From positions 2,479,493 through 2,543,492 of the forward strand of contig NC_068997.1 in the NCBI RefSeq assembly GCF_001194135.2: a DNA stretch of 64,000 nucleotides, given 5' to 3'. This stretch comes from Octopus bimaculoides (lineage: Eukaryota). Of this stretch, positions 25,690 to 38,868 are shown piece after piece (the first letter of the stretch is position 1; every line of letters starts with the position of its first letter). The notes below the pieces were generated by a model. That model was not told where the DNA came from. It did no database searches and saw nothing but the letters and a program-made list of their open reading frames with translations. Both the position numbers and the translations under genes were made by a program.

Positions 25690-25990
25690 CATCATCATCA
25701 TGTTTTTCGTTCTCACATGGGTCAGATGGCTCGACAGAAACTGGCGAGACCAGGCACTGCACTAGGCTCCATTATATGTTTTGGCATGGTTTCTGCGACT
25801 GGATGTCCTTCTTAATGTTAACGACTTAACAGTTCCCTGGGTATATTTTATGTGGTACCTTCGTTTTGGGATCCCAATTCTGTTGTGGTGTGTAGGTCTT
25901 CTTAAGTACAGCAATGTGCCACATGTCTCAGTCCTATGTAATCTGCTTTGTAAGATTCAGCATTTTAAGATCAGCCTTCAATGCTTTGTT
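25690..25990 (-). pseudogene. RTE LINE 3' end remnant
   Basis: Minus-strand translation WNKALKADLKMLNLTKQ...DMWHIAVLKKT, homologous to 38708-38868; ends in (GAT)n. Confidence 0.7.
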
Positions 25991-26117
25991 CCAACCCAGA
26001 AATGCAGAATATGGTCACAAAATAACATTTGATCTGTAGCAGTACATTAAANNNNNNNNNNTCTGTAGCAGTACATTAAAATATTTATAAATTCCATCCA
26101 TGGAATACTATTATTTT

Positions 26118-26160
<43 letters not shown>

Positions 26161-28398
26161 CATCATTCAACGTCCACTTCTACATGCTTGCATGGGTCAG
26201 ATGGAATTTGTTGAGGTAATTTTTTTACAGTTGGATGCTCTTTCTGATGCCAACTCAAAAGTGTTTCCAAGCTAAGTAATGTTTCCCTAAAGCCAGTCAT
26301 GCTTTACACAGAGTACTGGAAATTAAATGACACTGATTATATATATGACAGTGATACCAGTTTATAATTAGATATAATATTTATCCCAATTAATTATTTT
26401 TAAAATATAAATACAGTATTGACACTGCCTCAGTGCTAATAAATATCATTTATAACTATCCTATGATATCAAGATAAGGGGACACAGATACACATATGTA
26501 CATATACAATGAGTTTCTTTTAGTTTCCACCAACCAAATCCACTCACAAGGCTTTGAGCAGATTGAGGCTACAGTCAAGGCACCAAATGAGACTGAACCC
26601 AAAACAACATGGTTGAGAAGAAAGCTTCTTAGCCACACAGCAATGCTTGCATCACACTCACTGATTTAGTATGACTTTCAGAATCTCAGAATTAGTTTCT
26701 ACCTGTGTTAGACACTTTAAATTCTGCTCATGACCTCTGATCTAGTCTATCTTAACTTTGTTGTTGCTCATCGTTTATTTTATTCTTGCCACCTCAGCTC
26801 TAAGATGACAATCACCCAGAAGAGTTGATGAATTTAACATCTCTACAAGTGTTGAGTTGTCAGTTTTACTGAGCACTTCTGGCAATTTCAGTAGCTGAAG
26901 TATATTCTGTATCACAATAGCTACTAAGATACTGGTAACAAGTACTTAGCTAATTACAAGAGTCTTTTAGTTATATAATCCAATTCTTTTCTTTTTGTTA
27001 GATGGCCAATATATCAACAGAATCATTAGCACAATAGGTAAAATGCTAAGCAACATTTTCAGTCTTTATGTTCTGAGTTCAGATTCTGCCAAGGTTGACT
27101 TTGCTTTTCATCCTTTTGGAGTTGATAAAACAAGTAACAGTTGAGGGGTAACAGGGGGGGGGGGCGATATAATTGACTTACCCCCTCCCCCAAACCTGTT
27201 GGCCTTGTACCAAAATTTCAAATCATTATTTTCAACAGAGAAGGCAGTGAGGTGGCTCAGTTGTTATCACATTGGATAAGATACTTCTTCCTACTTTAGA
27301 TTNNNNNNNNNNTTATGTTCTGAGTTCAGATTCTGCCAAGGTTGACTTTGCTTTTCATCCTTTTAAATGTCAATAAAATAGGTACAAGCTGAGTACTGCA
27401 GGGGTGGGGGGGGGTCAATATAACCAATTAGCTTCCTCCTTCAAGATATCAGATCTCATGTTTATAGGAGAAAGGATTATTTCCAATAAACGTGATAAAA
27501 ACCATTCTATGCAGATCCATCTTCCAAACTGTTGTAAGTGGCATCAGAATTGCTGATTATGTTTAGATCTGAAGGTTTTTCTCAAGGCTAGAAATGATAT
27601 GGAACATTTTCTGGATTCCAACTTTGATAATGCTTAATTAGCTTCAAACAGGATTTTCATTTTATAATATTTGCCAAAATTGCTTATTCTACAGGCATTA
27701 GATGATAGGATTGGATGAATCTGAGGAGTTAGGTGGAGGTCAGATGTTGTGAGTAACTCATCGTTTTTCCGCAGTGACTTTATTTCTGCTGCAGACATGA
27801 AATAGTAGAATTCTTGATCTATAAGCAATGGCACTTGTTGATTGATTACCATTCAATCCTATATACTAGAATGTTCCACTCACATGAGTTCCTACTTTAA
27901 ATTTCTTTTCCAATATTTCCCTCACATTCTCTGCAAACAATTCTTTTTCACAGAATACAAAATCATCTACATACATCTACAGAAGACACTGAAGTTCCTA
28001 TCTACATCATCATCATCTTTATCATCATCAGCATGGTCATCAGTATTATCAATATAATTATCATAATCAGCATCATTAGCATCATCACTCATTTTTTTAT
28101 GTCTACTTTCCAAACTGGCTTACATCCGATGGATCTTGGTCCAAGCCAATTCTTACTCAGAGTTATAGTCCTGCTATGAGGGTCAGAATTCTGTCTCACT
28201 CATCAAAGTACACCATTTGACCCGCAAATACATCTCTTCAACTTCTACATCTGCTTCTAATGTACATCAGAAGTACATTAGAAGGTACCTGAATGAAGGA
28301 TATATCTTTTTTCAGTGGAACTCGGTGCAAAAATGTAGAAATTGCACCAGTCTTGGAGGCCCTGAAAACGGTCCATTATTATTGTTACTAACATTATT

Positions 28399-30262
28399 AA
28401 GGTGGCTAGCTGGTGGGTAAAGTACTTAGCGGCATTTTTTCTGTCTATATAATTCTGAGTTCAAATGCTGTCGAGGTCAACTTTGATTTTCATCCTTTTG
28501 GATGTCAATAAAATAAGTACCAGTTGAAGACTGGGGTCGAGATAATCAACTTATTCTCACACCCCAAAATTACTGGCCTTGTGCTAAAATTTGAAATCAT
28601 TATTAACATTATTAAGGCAGTGAACTGACAGATTCGTTAGCACCTGTAAAAAAATGCTTTCCATCTTTCTTTTCATTCTGAGTTCAAGTTCCACTGTGTC
28701 TGACTTTGCCTTGAATCTATTCAGGATCAATAAAAAAATTACCAGTCAAGTACTGAGATCAATGTAGCCAACTTACCTCCTGCCACAAAATTTCTGACTT
28801 TGTGCCAAAATTTGAAACCTCTGTTGTTTTCGGAAGTAAGCTGGGAGAAGCATGAGCATACCGGCCAAAATGCTTTGCAGCATTTCAACTGTCAATTCTG
28901 AGTTCAAATTTCATCTAGGTCGACTTTGTCTACCATCTTTTTGGGTTATTCCTTTATTCTTTTATTTGTTTTAGTCATTCGACTGTGGCCATGCTGGAGC
29001 ACCACCTTTAGTTGAACAAATCAAGCCCAGGACTTATTCTTTGTAAGCCTAGTGCTTACCCTATCGGTCTCTTTTTGCCAAACCGCTATGTTATGGAGAC
29101 GTAAACACACCAACATCGGTTGTCAAGCAATAGTGGGGGAAACAAACACAGACACACAAACACACACACACACACATATATGACAGGCTTCTTTCAGTTT
29201 CCATCTACCAAATCCACTCACAAGGCTTTGATCAGCCTAAGGCTAAAGAAGAAGACACTTTCCCAAGGTGCTATGCAGTGGGACTGAACCTGGTACCATG
29301 TGGTTAGTAAGCAAGCCACTTATCACACAGCCACTCCTACGCCTTCAATGAAAAAAGTACCAGTTGAGCATTGGGGTCGATGTAATCGGCATCCCCTTCC
29401 CTTGAAATACTGACCTTGTGTCAAATACTGAAACCATTGACTAGTTAGCATGCCAAGCAAAATGCTTAGCGGCATTTCAGCTGCCCTTGTGTTCTGATTT
29501 GAAATTTCATTCGGGTCAACTTTGACCTTCATCCTTTCGGGGTTGATAAAATAAGTATCAATCAAGTATTGGGGTCAATGTAATCGACTATCCCCCCACC
29601 CTCGAATTTCAGGCCTTGCACCTGTCATAGAAAGGATTATTATTATAATTATTATTATTATTATTATTATTATTATAATTATTATTATTATTATTATAAT
29701 TATTATTATTATTATTATAATTATTATTATTATTATTATAATTATTATAATTATTATAATTATTATAATTATTATTATTATTATAATTATTATAATTATA
29801 ATTATTATAATTATAATTATTATAATTATAATTATTATAATTATAATTATAATTATAATNNNNNNNNNNCCATCTGAGTTCAAATTCTGCTGAAGTTGAC
29901 TTTTGCCTTTCATCCTTTCAAGGTCAATAAAACAAATGCCAGTTGAACATAGGGTTTAATGTTATCGACTTAACCCCTACCCTGAAATTACTGGCCTTGT
30001 TCCAAAATTTAGTACCTTTATTATCATTATTATCATTATTATTATTATTATTTAGGTAGCAAGCTGACAGAATCATTAACACACCAGGCAAAATGCTTAG
30101 TGGCATTTTGTCCAGCTTTATGTTCTGAGATCAAATTCCACTGAGGTCAACTTTACTTTTCATTCTTTCAGGGTCAATAAATTAAGTACCAGTGAAACAC
30201 TGGGGTCAATGTAATCAACTAGTTCCCTCCCACCAAATTTCCGGCCTTGTGCCTATAATAGA

Positions 30263-30294
<32 letters not shown>
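28399..30294 (+). mobile_element. Large head-to-tail family A SINE cluster (at least 6 units), interrupted by a minus-strand family B SINE (28955-29343) and an (ATT/AAT)n tract (29637-29860)
   Basis: Repeated cores at ~28510, ~28730, ~28920 (partial), ~29545, ~29930 and ~30185; TAACATTATTAAGG duplicated at 28389 and 28604. Confidence 0.85.
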
Positions 30295-30299
<5 letters not shown>

Positions 30300-30557
30300 T
30301 AGTCTTGTTTTTATCATGTGCTTTCACTGCACCACTGAGCACCACAGTGCCTTGGGTTTGTTGTGATGCTCTTATTTTCACAGTATATTGAAAGTGATTT
30401 ACATAGGCCATACGTGGTGCCTAGTAGTGCTATTTTCTGTATGTTATATACATTTGTATGGTGCTTTGGTTATGTATTTGTCTGAATGGTTTTAATCATA
30501 ACTAATGCACCTATTATTATAAGGATTGTTTATGTTTTTAGGCTCCACATTAGGGTT
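30295..30557 (-). pseudogene. R4/Dong-clade (REL endonuclease) LINE 3' fragment inside an (ATT)n tract
   Basis: Minus translation ITLMWSLKT*TILIIIGALVMIK...NVYNIQKIALLGT; 3' UTR GTGCAGTGAAAGCAC...CTACTG-(AAT)n matches 41328-41363. Confidence 0.8.
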
Positions 30558-30736
30558 ATTATTATTATTATTATTATGATTATTATTATTAAAGAAGAAA
30601 ACTAAACAGAAAATCGACAGCACAATTTTCCCAAAACACGTTTCAAGTTACACCATCCCAACATACACACACACATGCACTCTACTTAAATACAAAGTAC
30701 TTTTTCTCCTATTAATAAATTCAAATACAATTTTAC

Positions 30737-30778
<42 letters not shown>

Positions 30779-31743
30779 ATGTGCACATACATATCTATGC
30801 AAATACAAATACACACACATGCTTATAACCCTTGTGTATTATTACTGCAATATTTTTGAAACCAATTGTTCAGTTAATACATACACACATACAGATGTAT
30901 AGACAACACAAAGATATTCACACATGCACACACATACATGTGCATACGCATACACACACAGTAAAACATTCTCAAACAATTCTTGATTTCGGTAACTTGA
31001 AGCATCATTTTAAAATTCCAACACCGTTCTTGGGACGGTTGCAGAAAAAAATACTCTGTATTACAAGATTTCAAAGAAATTAAGTTAGGTATTGTCAGAA
31101 TGGGATTGTAGTGAGTTGGAGGGTGTACTTAGGATTAGGGCGGAGAATATTAAATAGGAGTAAATCACACTGGCAATGGATATTATATAAAAAAAAAATG
31201 ATGGTGGTGATTTCTTTTATAAGCCACAGGGGCTTTAAATGCATAAAACTGAAGTGAGATGCAAGGCTAGTAAAGTTATAGATATCAATGGTCCATACAA
31301 ATGTTCAAATTCTAACTAAGTTTGTCTAAGGCTGGTCTTGTGAACCACTCAAAGAAATCTGAACCAAAACAACCAATAAATCTTTAGTGCCTGGAAAAAA
31401 AACATATCTCTGCCTATCACAAGGGCAGTCAACAGGTTGTGTAGGGGTTTGCATTAAAGATGAGGAGAAAGAAATGGAAAAGACAGTGAAATGTGATAAA
31501 AGTGTTCATATTATACAAAATATGTGGTAACATGAATGATACAGCCCTCCTGATACAGGAGAAACTGCAACTAGGGCCAATCAAGGAACCTTACAGATCC
31601 AGGATTACTCTGATCACCAAAAGCACATAAGCGCACTCCCAATTGTTGTTCTCCAGATGCATTCTTTGAGAAGGGCCATACACCTTAACCATTTTTGCCA
31701 CAATCAAACACACACACACACACGTATGTATTTTATCCACATA

Positions 31744-31862
31744 CATGGTTCCGGGTTCAGTCCCACTGCGTGGCACCTTGGGCAAGTGTCTTCTACTATA
31801 GCCTCGGGCCAACCAAAGCCTTGTGAGTGGATTTGGTAGACGGAAACTGAAAGAAGCCCATC

Positions 31863-31908
<46 letters not shown>

Positions 31909-32312
31909 GTGTGTGTGTATGTGTGTCTGTGTTTGTCCCCCTAGCATTGCTTGACAACCGATGCTGGTGTGTTTATGTCCCCGTCACTTAGCGGTTCGGC
32001 AAAAGAGACCGATAGAATAAGTACTAGGCTTACAAAGATTAAGTCGATTTGCTCGACTAAAGGCAGTGCTCCAGCATGGCCGCAGTCAAATGACTGAAAC
32101 AAATGAAAGAGTAAAAGAGTACACACACACACACACTCTTTTACACATTTCAGTCATTTGATTGCAGCCGTGCTAGAGCACCACCTTGAAGGGGTTTTAA
32201 TTGAAGAAATTGACCCCAAGACTTATTCTTTGTAAGCCTAGTATTTATTCTGTCTCTTTTACCGAACTGTTAAGTTACAGGGACATAAACACATCAACAT
32301 CAGTTGTCAAGT
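31744..32312. mobile_element. Family B SINE (+, 31744-32120) and adjacent inverted 3' half (-, 32136-32312)
   Basis: 3' halves are reverse-complementary across a ~15-bp (AC)n spacer. Confidence 0.88.
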
Positions 32313-33218
32313 GAGCATTCAGGTTCATTTTTAGCATTCTTGTATGTGAGAGCATTCGAGTCAGATATTCTCATTTTAAAAAATCACCTCTGGCTAATCA
32401 TTGAAAGGACGTTGGTGTTGCCTTGGTGGAGGTTTGTGCTCTCTGAGTGCTCTTGTTTGCATTGTTTTATTTCACAGCTTTAGGATTTCAACGATGTGGC
32501 TGTTTAGTTTTAGAAGGATATTGTACGACAGGTGTGAGAGACAGGATTTCACCAGTTTGAATATAAAACAGGTAGAATATTTGGGCCAGATATGGCCAGT
32601 TTAAATGCTAATGGGTTAAAGTGTGAACTTTAAGGAGCCATGGAATCTATTTACAACTCAGTGGGCTGTGCTGGAGAGAATAAAATACTTTAATGAATAA
32701 CGTAGCAGAAACTGTTAAAAAGCAGCCACCCCAAAACAGAAATATGAACATTCTAAAGAATTTGGTCAAGTGCAAAAAACACATTGAAGAAGAAGACAAA
32801 ATGAAGTTGAAATCTGAAAGTTTGTAAAGCAAGTACAGTGATAAAGTGTGCAGAGATTTTCTCTGAAGTTTGCAAAATAAATGAAAGTCGACAGTTTTAT
32901 GACACCTGTCAATGACAGATTTTCTTAGTTTTACTAAATTCAATAATTGAAGTTTGGAGTTGACAGTACCTCATTGGAAACTGGACAGCACGGACAAAAT
33001 GTGCCAACACTCAATTTGTTGAATAATCATGGAATTTATAGAATTCACACTGAATTACTTTATTAATGGTGAAGTTTACTGTTGTCCAATTTAGTGATGG
33101 AGTTTAGAGTTTATAATGGAGTGAAATGTGAGAGACACAGATTTCTAGAAAGAGAGGAGGGAAGAGAGAGAGAGAAAGAGAGAGAGGGGGAGAAAGAGAG
33201 AAAGAGGGAGATAGAGAA

Positions 33219-33249
<31 letters not shown>

Positions 33250-34166
33250 AAGGGAGAGAGAGAGAGAAAGTATGTAGAAATAGAAGTTTTAAAAATTCCT
33301 TCTATCTCTTCTTTAGAATATAAACTCAGAAATTTTGTTGGCTAAAAGAGTTGACATCTTTCACTTGCAATGTTTTTCTGTTCTGAAAATTAAAAGTAGA
33401 GGTGAAAGTATTCCTATAAACGTATTCATGAGGAGACACAAAAATAGAAAACTGGTGGGAAGTGAAGCAGCAGAAACACTCATTCAGACCTGTAAAATAA
33501 AAGATTTTGAAGGTAACCACAAAGTGGCACTGTCAATTTCAGGATGTGTAATGTCCCATGACAGGTGGACAAGCTGGACAATAAGTTCTGGGGTTGATTT
33601 GTTCGACTAAAGGCAGTGCTCCAGCATGGCCGCAGTCAGAAGTCAAATGAGTGAAACAAGTAAAAGAATAAAAGAATATCATTGAAATCTTAAAGCTACG
33701 AGATAAAGCCTGATTAATTCAAAGCAGTGTAAATGGTTAAGCATTATGTTTGACAGACTAATCTGAATGCTAAAGGGTGGATATTCTTTGCCATCCTCTG
33801 CTACTTTCTCTAATTCTCCTTCGCCTCAAAACTCACTCTCAGATCCTCTTCTTCCTTACAGACCACTTTCTTCATGCATAGACATGCAGTAACAACTCCT
33901 ACGTGTCCTGTCATTCTTCACTGTGTCCAAACTCTAATTGATTAAGGACAGAGTAAGAACTTCGCTCTTTCCTGAGGAAAGATCGTTCGGAACATTGAAA
34001 ACTCCACTGCCAACAACATAATCGAAGAAATGTTAAACTTTATCAATAAACACAAAATTTGGCCAATGCAGACCATCACTAGACTCAGCGAATTGATTTT
34101 TGTATTTTTATACTTATTTATGTACAGATTTGTGTGTCTTTAAATATGTTTCAATGTGTGTGTGAG

Positions 34167-34274
<108 letters not shown>

Positions 34275-35459
34275 GAGAGAGTGATAGACAGACAGGGATG
34301 GGTGGATCGGTGGATGCATGAATGGATTGATATATAATTTTATTTTTACATGTGTTTCAATGCCAAAGTAGGTTGGTGAATATATTCTTGAGGCAATGCA
34401 TTCTAGCTGGATGCCCTTCCTGTTGTGAACACTCACTAGTTTTTTTGTTTTTTTTTTCAAGTAAAGAATTGTCTTATTCCACGTCTTCAAAAGCACAAAG
34501 CCAGTTCACAACCTGTTAACAGAGGAAATAACAACAACATCAATACCTGTAGATGAGTATCTTTTTTTTTTTAGGTGGTGGGGAGAAGCACCAATTTGTA
34601 TATACATCAGTTGCACATATCCACAGGCAGCCACATACTAAGATAAAATCTGTCATTACTTATATAGGAAGATAGCAACTGAAAAACAATCATTGATGTT
34701 GCAGTTAACTAGGCAACTGAATAAAAATTCGTTATGTGCAACAGAAGCAGTATTAGTATAAAATGACAATGTGGGTATCATAGTTAAAGCAGATACATTA
34801 TGGAAAGCCTGATTAACTGTTGTATATGTCCAGAGATAGTATCTCTTATAGACATATAGGGTTTGAATAACACAAAGATATATCAGCCATAGACAAAATT
34901 GTCCAGTAGCTTAATTTAAGGCAACACAATCTTTTGGTTCTTTTCTGGTACAATCCACCCACACATATATAATGCAGAGTAGCCCTGACTCTTCTGCCAC
35001 CAACAATAACTTTTTTCTTATTTCCCCAATCATACTTTAACTTCTCAGCACTTCACATAAAATGACTTCCATCTCTACTACACTCTCAATTAGTCTTGTG
35101 AGTGACACAGCAACCTCACTAACGCTGGTGCCACAATAACGGCACTCAGTATACTGTGAAGTGGTTGGTATGAGAAATGACATCAAGTCTTAGAAAACAT
35201 ACCAGAGTTGAGACACTAAAGCAAGACATGGTCGTCCACCCTGTAAGATTCAAACAACCCTAACCAGCCAGCACAGAAAATAGAATCAAGATGATCTTGA
35301 TTTATGTGCTTAATATGCAAATGATGTTTCATGTGAAACGAATACGGAAGAACTCAATACACGTTATAGAGTATACAGTTTTTTTTTTTAAATGGATTCC
35401 TTTCTTGTCCATTAGCTTCATGCTATTCTGTGCATGTGTGTGGGTGCACACGCACATAC

Positions 35460-35521
<62 letters not shown>

Positions 35522-35674
35522 GTGCAAGACATCACTCATATGTACAAACATTCATATATACATTAAATATACATTCACATGCATAGCATCAACAACATCA
35601 CATATGAATGTATGTATATACATAAACACACACACACATACATATACATACAGAATCATTCATTACCATTAAAC

Positions 35675-35723
<49 letters not shown>

Positions 35724-36297
35724 CACATGCACAAGGAGTTATATGTGTGTAAGAACTAGCACAGTTATTGATTTAGCAAGCTAACAAGATAACAATGGGG
35801 GAGAAAGAGAGGAAGAAAGAGAGAGAAAGTGAAAAGTAGAGAGGAGATGAAAGAACAGGATAAGACAGGATAAGAGAAGGTGAGTGGAAGAGAGGAAAGG
35901 TGGAGGGGGGGAGCTATTGAGACAGAAATGTAAAACCAATTCCTGTCATTGGATACAATATGAGAAGGAAACATGAAAAACTAGAATAGAATCAGTTTTG
36001 TCAAAGACAATAAATGAAGAAGTCGATTTCTTATTCTGCTCTCATCTCCGAAGACTGGAATATATTTATATATTTCTTTTTTTCAACTCTACATCAGTGA
36101 AACAACAACAAGAAGAACAACAGCATGAAGCATTTAGTGAATGGTTAGTGATGGAATCAAGGTGTTTGATGAAACCAAGAATTGGCAAACAGCTGACATC
36201 AGCAGGAGATTCCAGAGGACGCTGTGCATGTATAGACACATACACACACACAGACATTATATGGATATATATATATATGTATCTATTTACATATATA

Positions 36298-36336
<39 letters not shown>

Positions 36337-36857
36337 AGTTGTATACTGCCAACTTAACGTGACAGTCCCAATAAGGGAATATACTACTGCTGTTTAGCCC
36401 TAGGAAGCCAGACCGCTTCCTATTAGGCCTTGACACACTTTCTGTGCCCTTATCCATACAAAGGGGAGACATACACACACACATACATATATATAGGGTA
36501 AAAAAGGGGGAAAGACCCCCTTCGATCATAAATGACAATAGTATACACCTAGAAAGTTCCCCTCCAAAGTACAAGTTCGGGCAAGGTTGATTTTATGGAA
36601 GACCAGCAGTCACCCTCGTATACCAGCCTCCCCTCCCTGTGCCACCGATGTTATCAAAGGGAAAGGCAAAGGCTGATACAGCTTGGCACCAGTGATGTGG
36701 CAACCCATTACTATGGCAGAGTGGACTGGAACAATGTGAAATGAAGTGTTTTGTTCAAGAACAGAACACACAGACTGGTCTGAGAATCGAACTCCCTACC
36801 TCATGATTGTGAGCCTGATGCTCTGACCACTAAGTCAGTCATGCACCTTGACACTCA

Positions 36858-36890
<33 letters not shown>

Positions 36891-37687
36891 TTGGAGGGAT
36901 TTGTGATTTGTCTGCCTTCCTCCTTATTAAGACTTTGGACACTGACTGTGAGAACAACAGCATCATGATGCAATTCACTCTGCCAGAAATTTGGGAAAAA
37001 ACATACTGTACTACTTGGCATTTGCATCAGAAGCTCCAATAACAACATTTCAGAGCGTTTTGGGTGTTGATCTGAGGACAGTGGATGTACCGAGAGCAAT
37101 AAAAATCAAACATCCAGTCAACATCATGGTGTTTGGAGTGATCACTAGTGATGGCGACGTTATGCCTCCATTCTTCTTCCCACATGGCCACAGATTCAAA
37201 ACAAAGGCCAGCATCAAGTGCCTGGAGGAGGTAGCGCTGCACTGGGTGAAGAGGGTGGCTGCTGGAAGACCCTGTTTCTGGCAACAGGACTCTGCACCAT
37301 GCCACACAAACTGGAGAACCTAGTTATGGCTGTCAGACAATTTCTGCAATCACATCACCCCTAACATCTGGCCACCTAACTCACCAGACTGCAACCGCCT
37401 TGATTATTACTTGTGGGGTGTGGTTGACCAACAAAACTCCTTGTAAAATCAAAGATGAACTGAAGGCAAGGATTATGGCAGCATTCACCAATTTAAACAA
37501 GGAGTTACAAGAGATTCCGAAGTCGTCTGGAGGCCATGGTTGAAGGCAATGGCAGTTTTATCAAATAAATTTACTCTTTCAAGATATTTTTATGTAATTT
37601 TGGTAAATATACCTGTTAAAATGAGATGTCAGTGTTATTTTTTTTTGTTTTGCATAATTTAGACGACAATATATTCACCACACCCTG
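36891..37687 (+). mobile_element. Tc1/mariner DD37D (maT-type) transposon relic, internally deleted, right TIR plus TA intact
   Basis: MMQFTLPEIW...LGVDLRTV fused to KHPVNIMVFGVI...WQQDSAPCH...WPPNSPDCNRLDY; 37 residues between D (37288) and D (37402); stop at 37321; ends TTCACCACACCCTG|TA. Confidence 0.9.
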
Positions 37688-38707
37688 TATATATATATAT
37701 ATATATATAATTAGACACACACACACATATGCACAAGTACATACATATCCAACAGATTCTTTGAAGCTGATGCCTTAAACCTGACAATTACCTGACCACA
37801 AATTGATGTAGAGATGGGCAAACAGACAGATAAATGCAGGGCAAATTCCTGCAGAAATAGGTAAACAGATAGAATCAGGGCAAATAGACAATGAAGTGGT
37901 GAAAGAGAGATCCCTGAATGGCATTGAGCAAAAGATTTTTCAATGAAAATGATTTTCTACTTATGAATGTAGTTTACAAAATCTGCTTGTGCAAGAAAGT
38001 GAATATTTTAATGAAGTCATTGCATAAAATGCTTCTAAATATGAGGCAAATATTCTATTGGACAACTAAATTGATTGGTTGCAGGAATATTGTATAACTT
38101 TTGGTTTTATTGTTCTTGAAATATAAGGAAAAGTTTGAGATAATTGAAGCAACACTTGCAAAAAGAATCATTAAATACACTGCAGCGCCATATTTCTTCA
38201 TGTCTCAATAATAATGATCCTTGCATGGACACATGTCTACAAATGTGTGAGAGGAGAGGGAGGAGGAGAGATATAATTGATCACACATACACACACTCAC
38301 CCCACTCTTCTAATATGCCCCGCTACTTAGAGACGGTAGTGAAATAAAAGTTGGGTCAACCTTGACAGGCTTCTAAACTGAGAACATAACAATGAAATAC
38401 TGTATAAAGTATTGATTACAGATCGTTATTAATTATTGTTAACTCACACCATGCCTCAACCATGAGCTAATGTGAGAATATGGTTCCTAGAAATAGCAAC
38501 CAAATCTCTGTCAGATTAAACCTTATCTTAATGCTTTAGCAGTTAAACCAGCCAGGTCTGGCCCAAATATTCTAACAAATATTATATGTTCAAACTAGCC
38601 AGATCTGACCACTCGCATCTACCCTACAACGTTGTTCTAAACAATCATGTTATCAAAATTCTCAAAGCTGCAAGATAATGCATGATTGATTCAAAACGAT
38701 GTGAATT

Positions 38708-38868
38708 TCCTTAAAGTGGAGGGAAGTTGTGGAAGAGGGAGATCCAGGAAAACATGGGATGAAGAACTGGAGGCTGATCTTGAAATGCTGAACCTTGCAA
38801 AGAAGATGACAGAAGACCAAGATATGTGGCGCATTGCTGTACTTGAAAAGACCCACCCACTACAATAG
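38708..38868 (+). pseudogene. RTE LINE C-terminal coding remnant
   Basis: VEGSCGRGRSRKTWDEELEADLEMLNLAKKMTEDQDMWRIAVLEKTHP. Confidence 0.8.

Noticed and set aside
26032-26080. Exact duplication TCTGTAGCAGTACATTAAA across a 10-N gap; similar cases at 27063/27313 and 60302/60353
   Set aside because: Unmerged contig overlaps beside placeholder gaps; an assembly artefact is more likely than biology.
33970-34010. CTGAGGA...GAAAAC hammerhead-like spacing
   Set aside because: No stem III or UH site and no stem I pairing.
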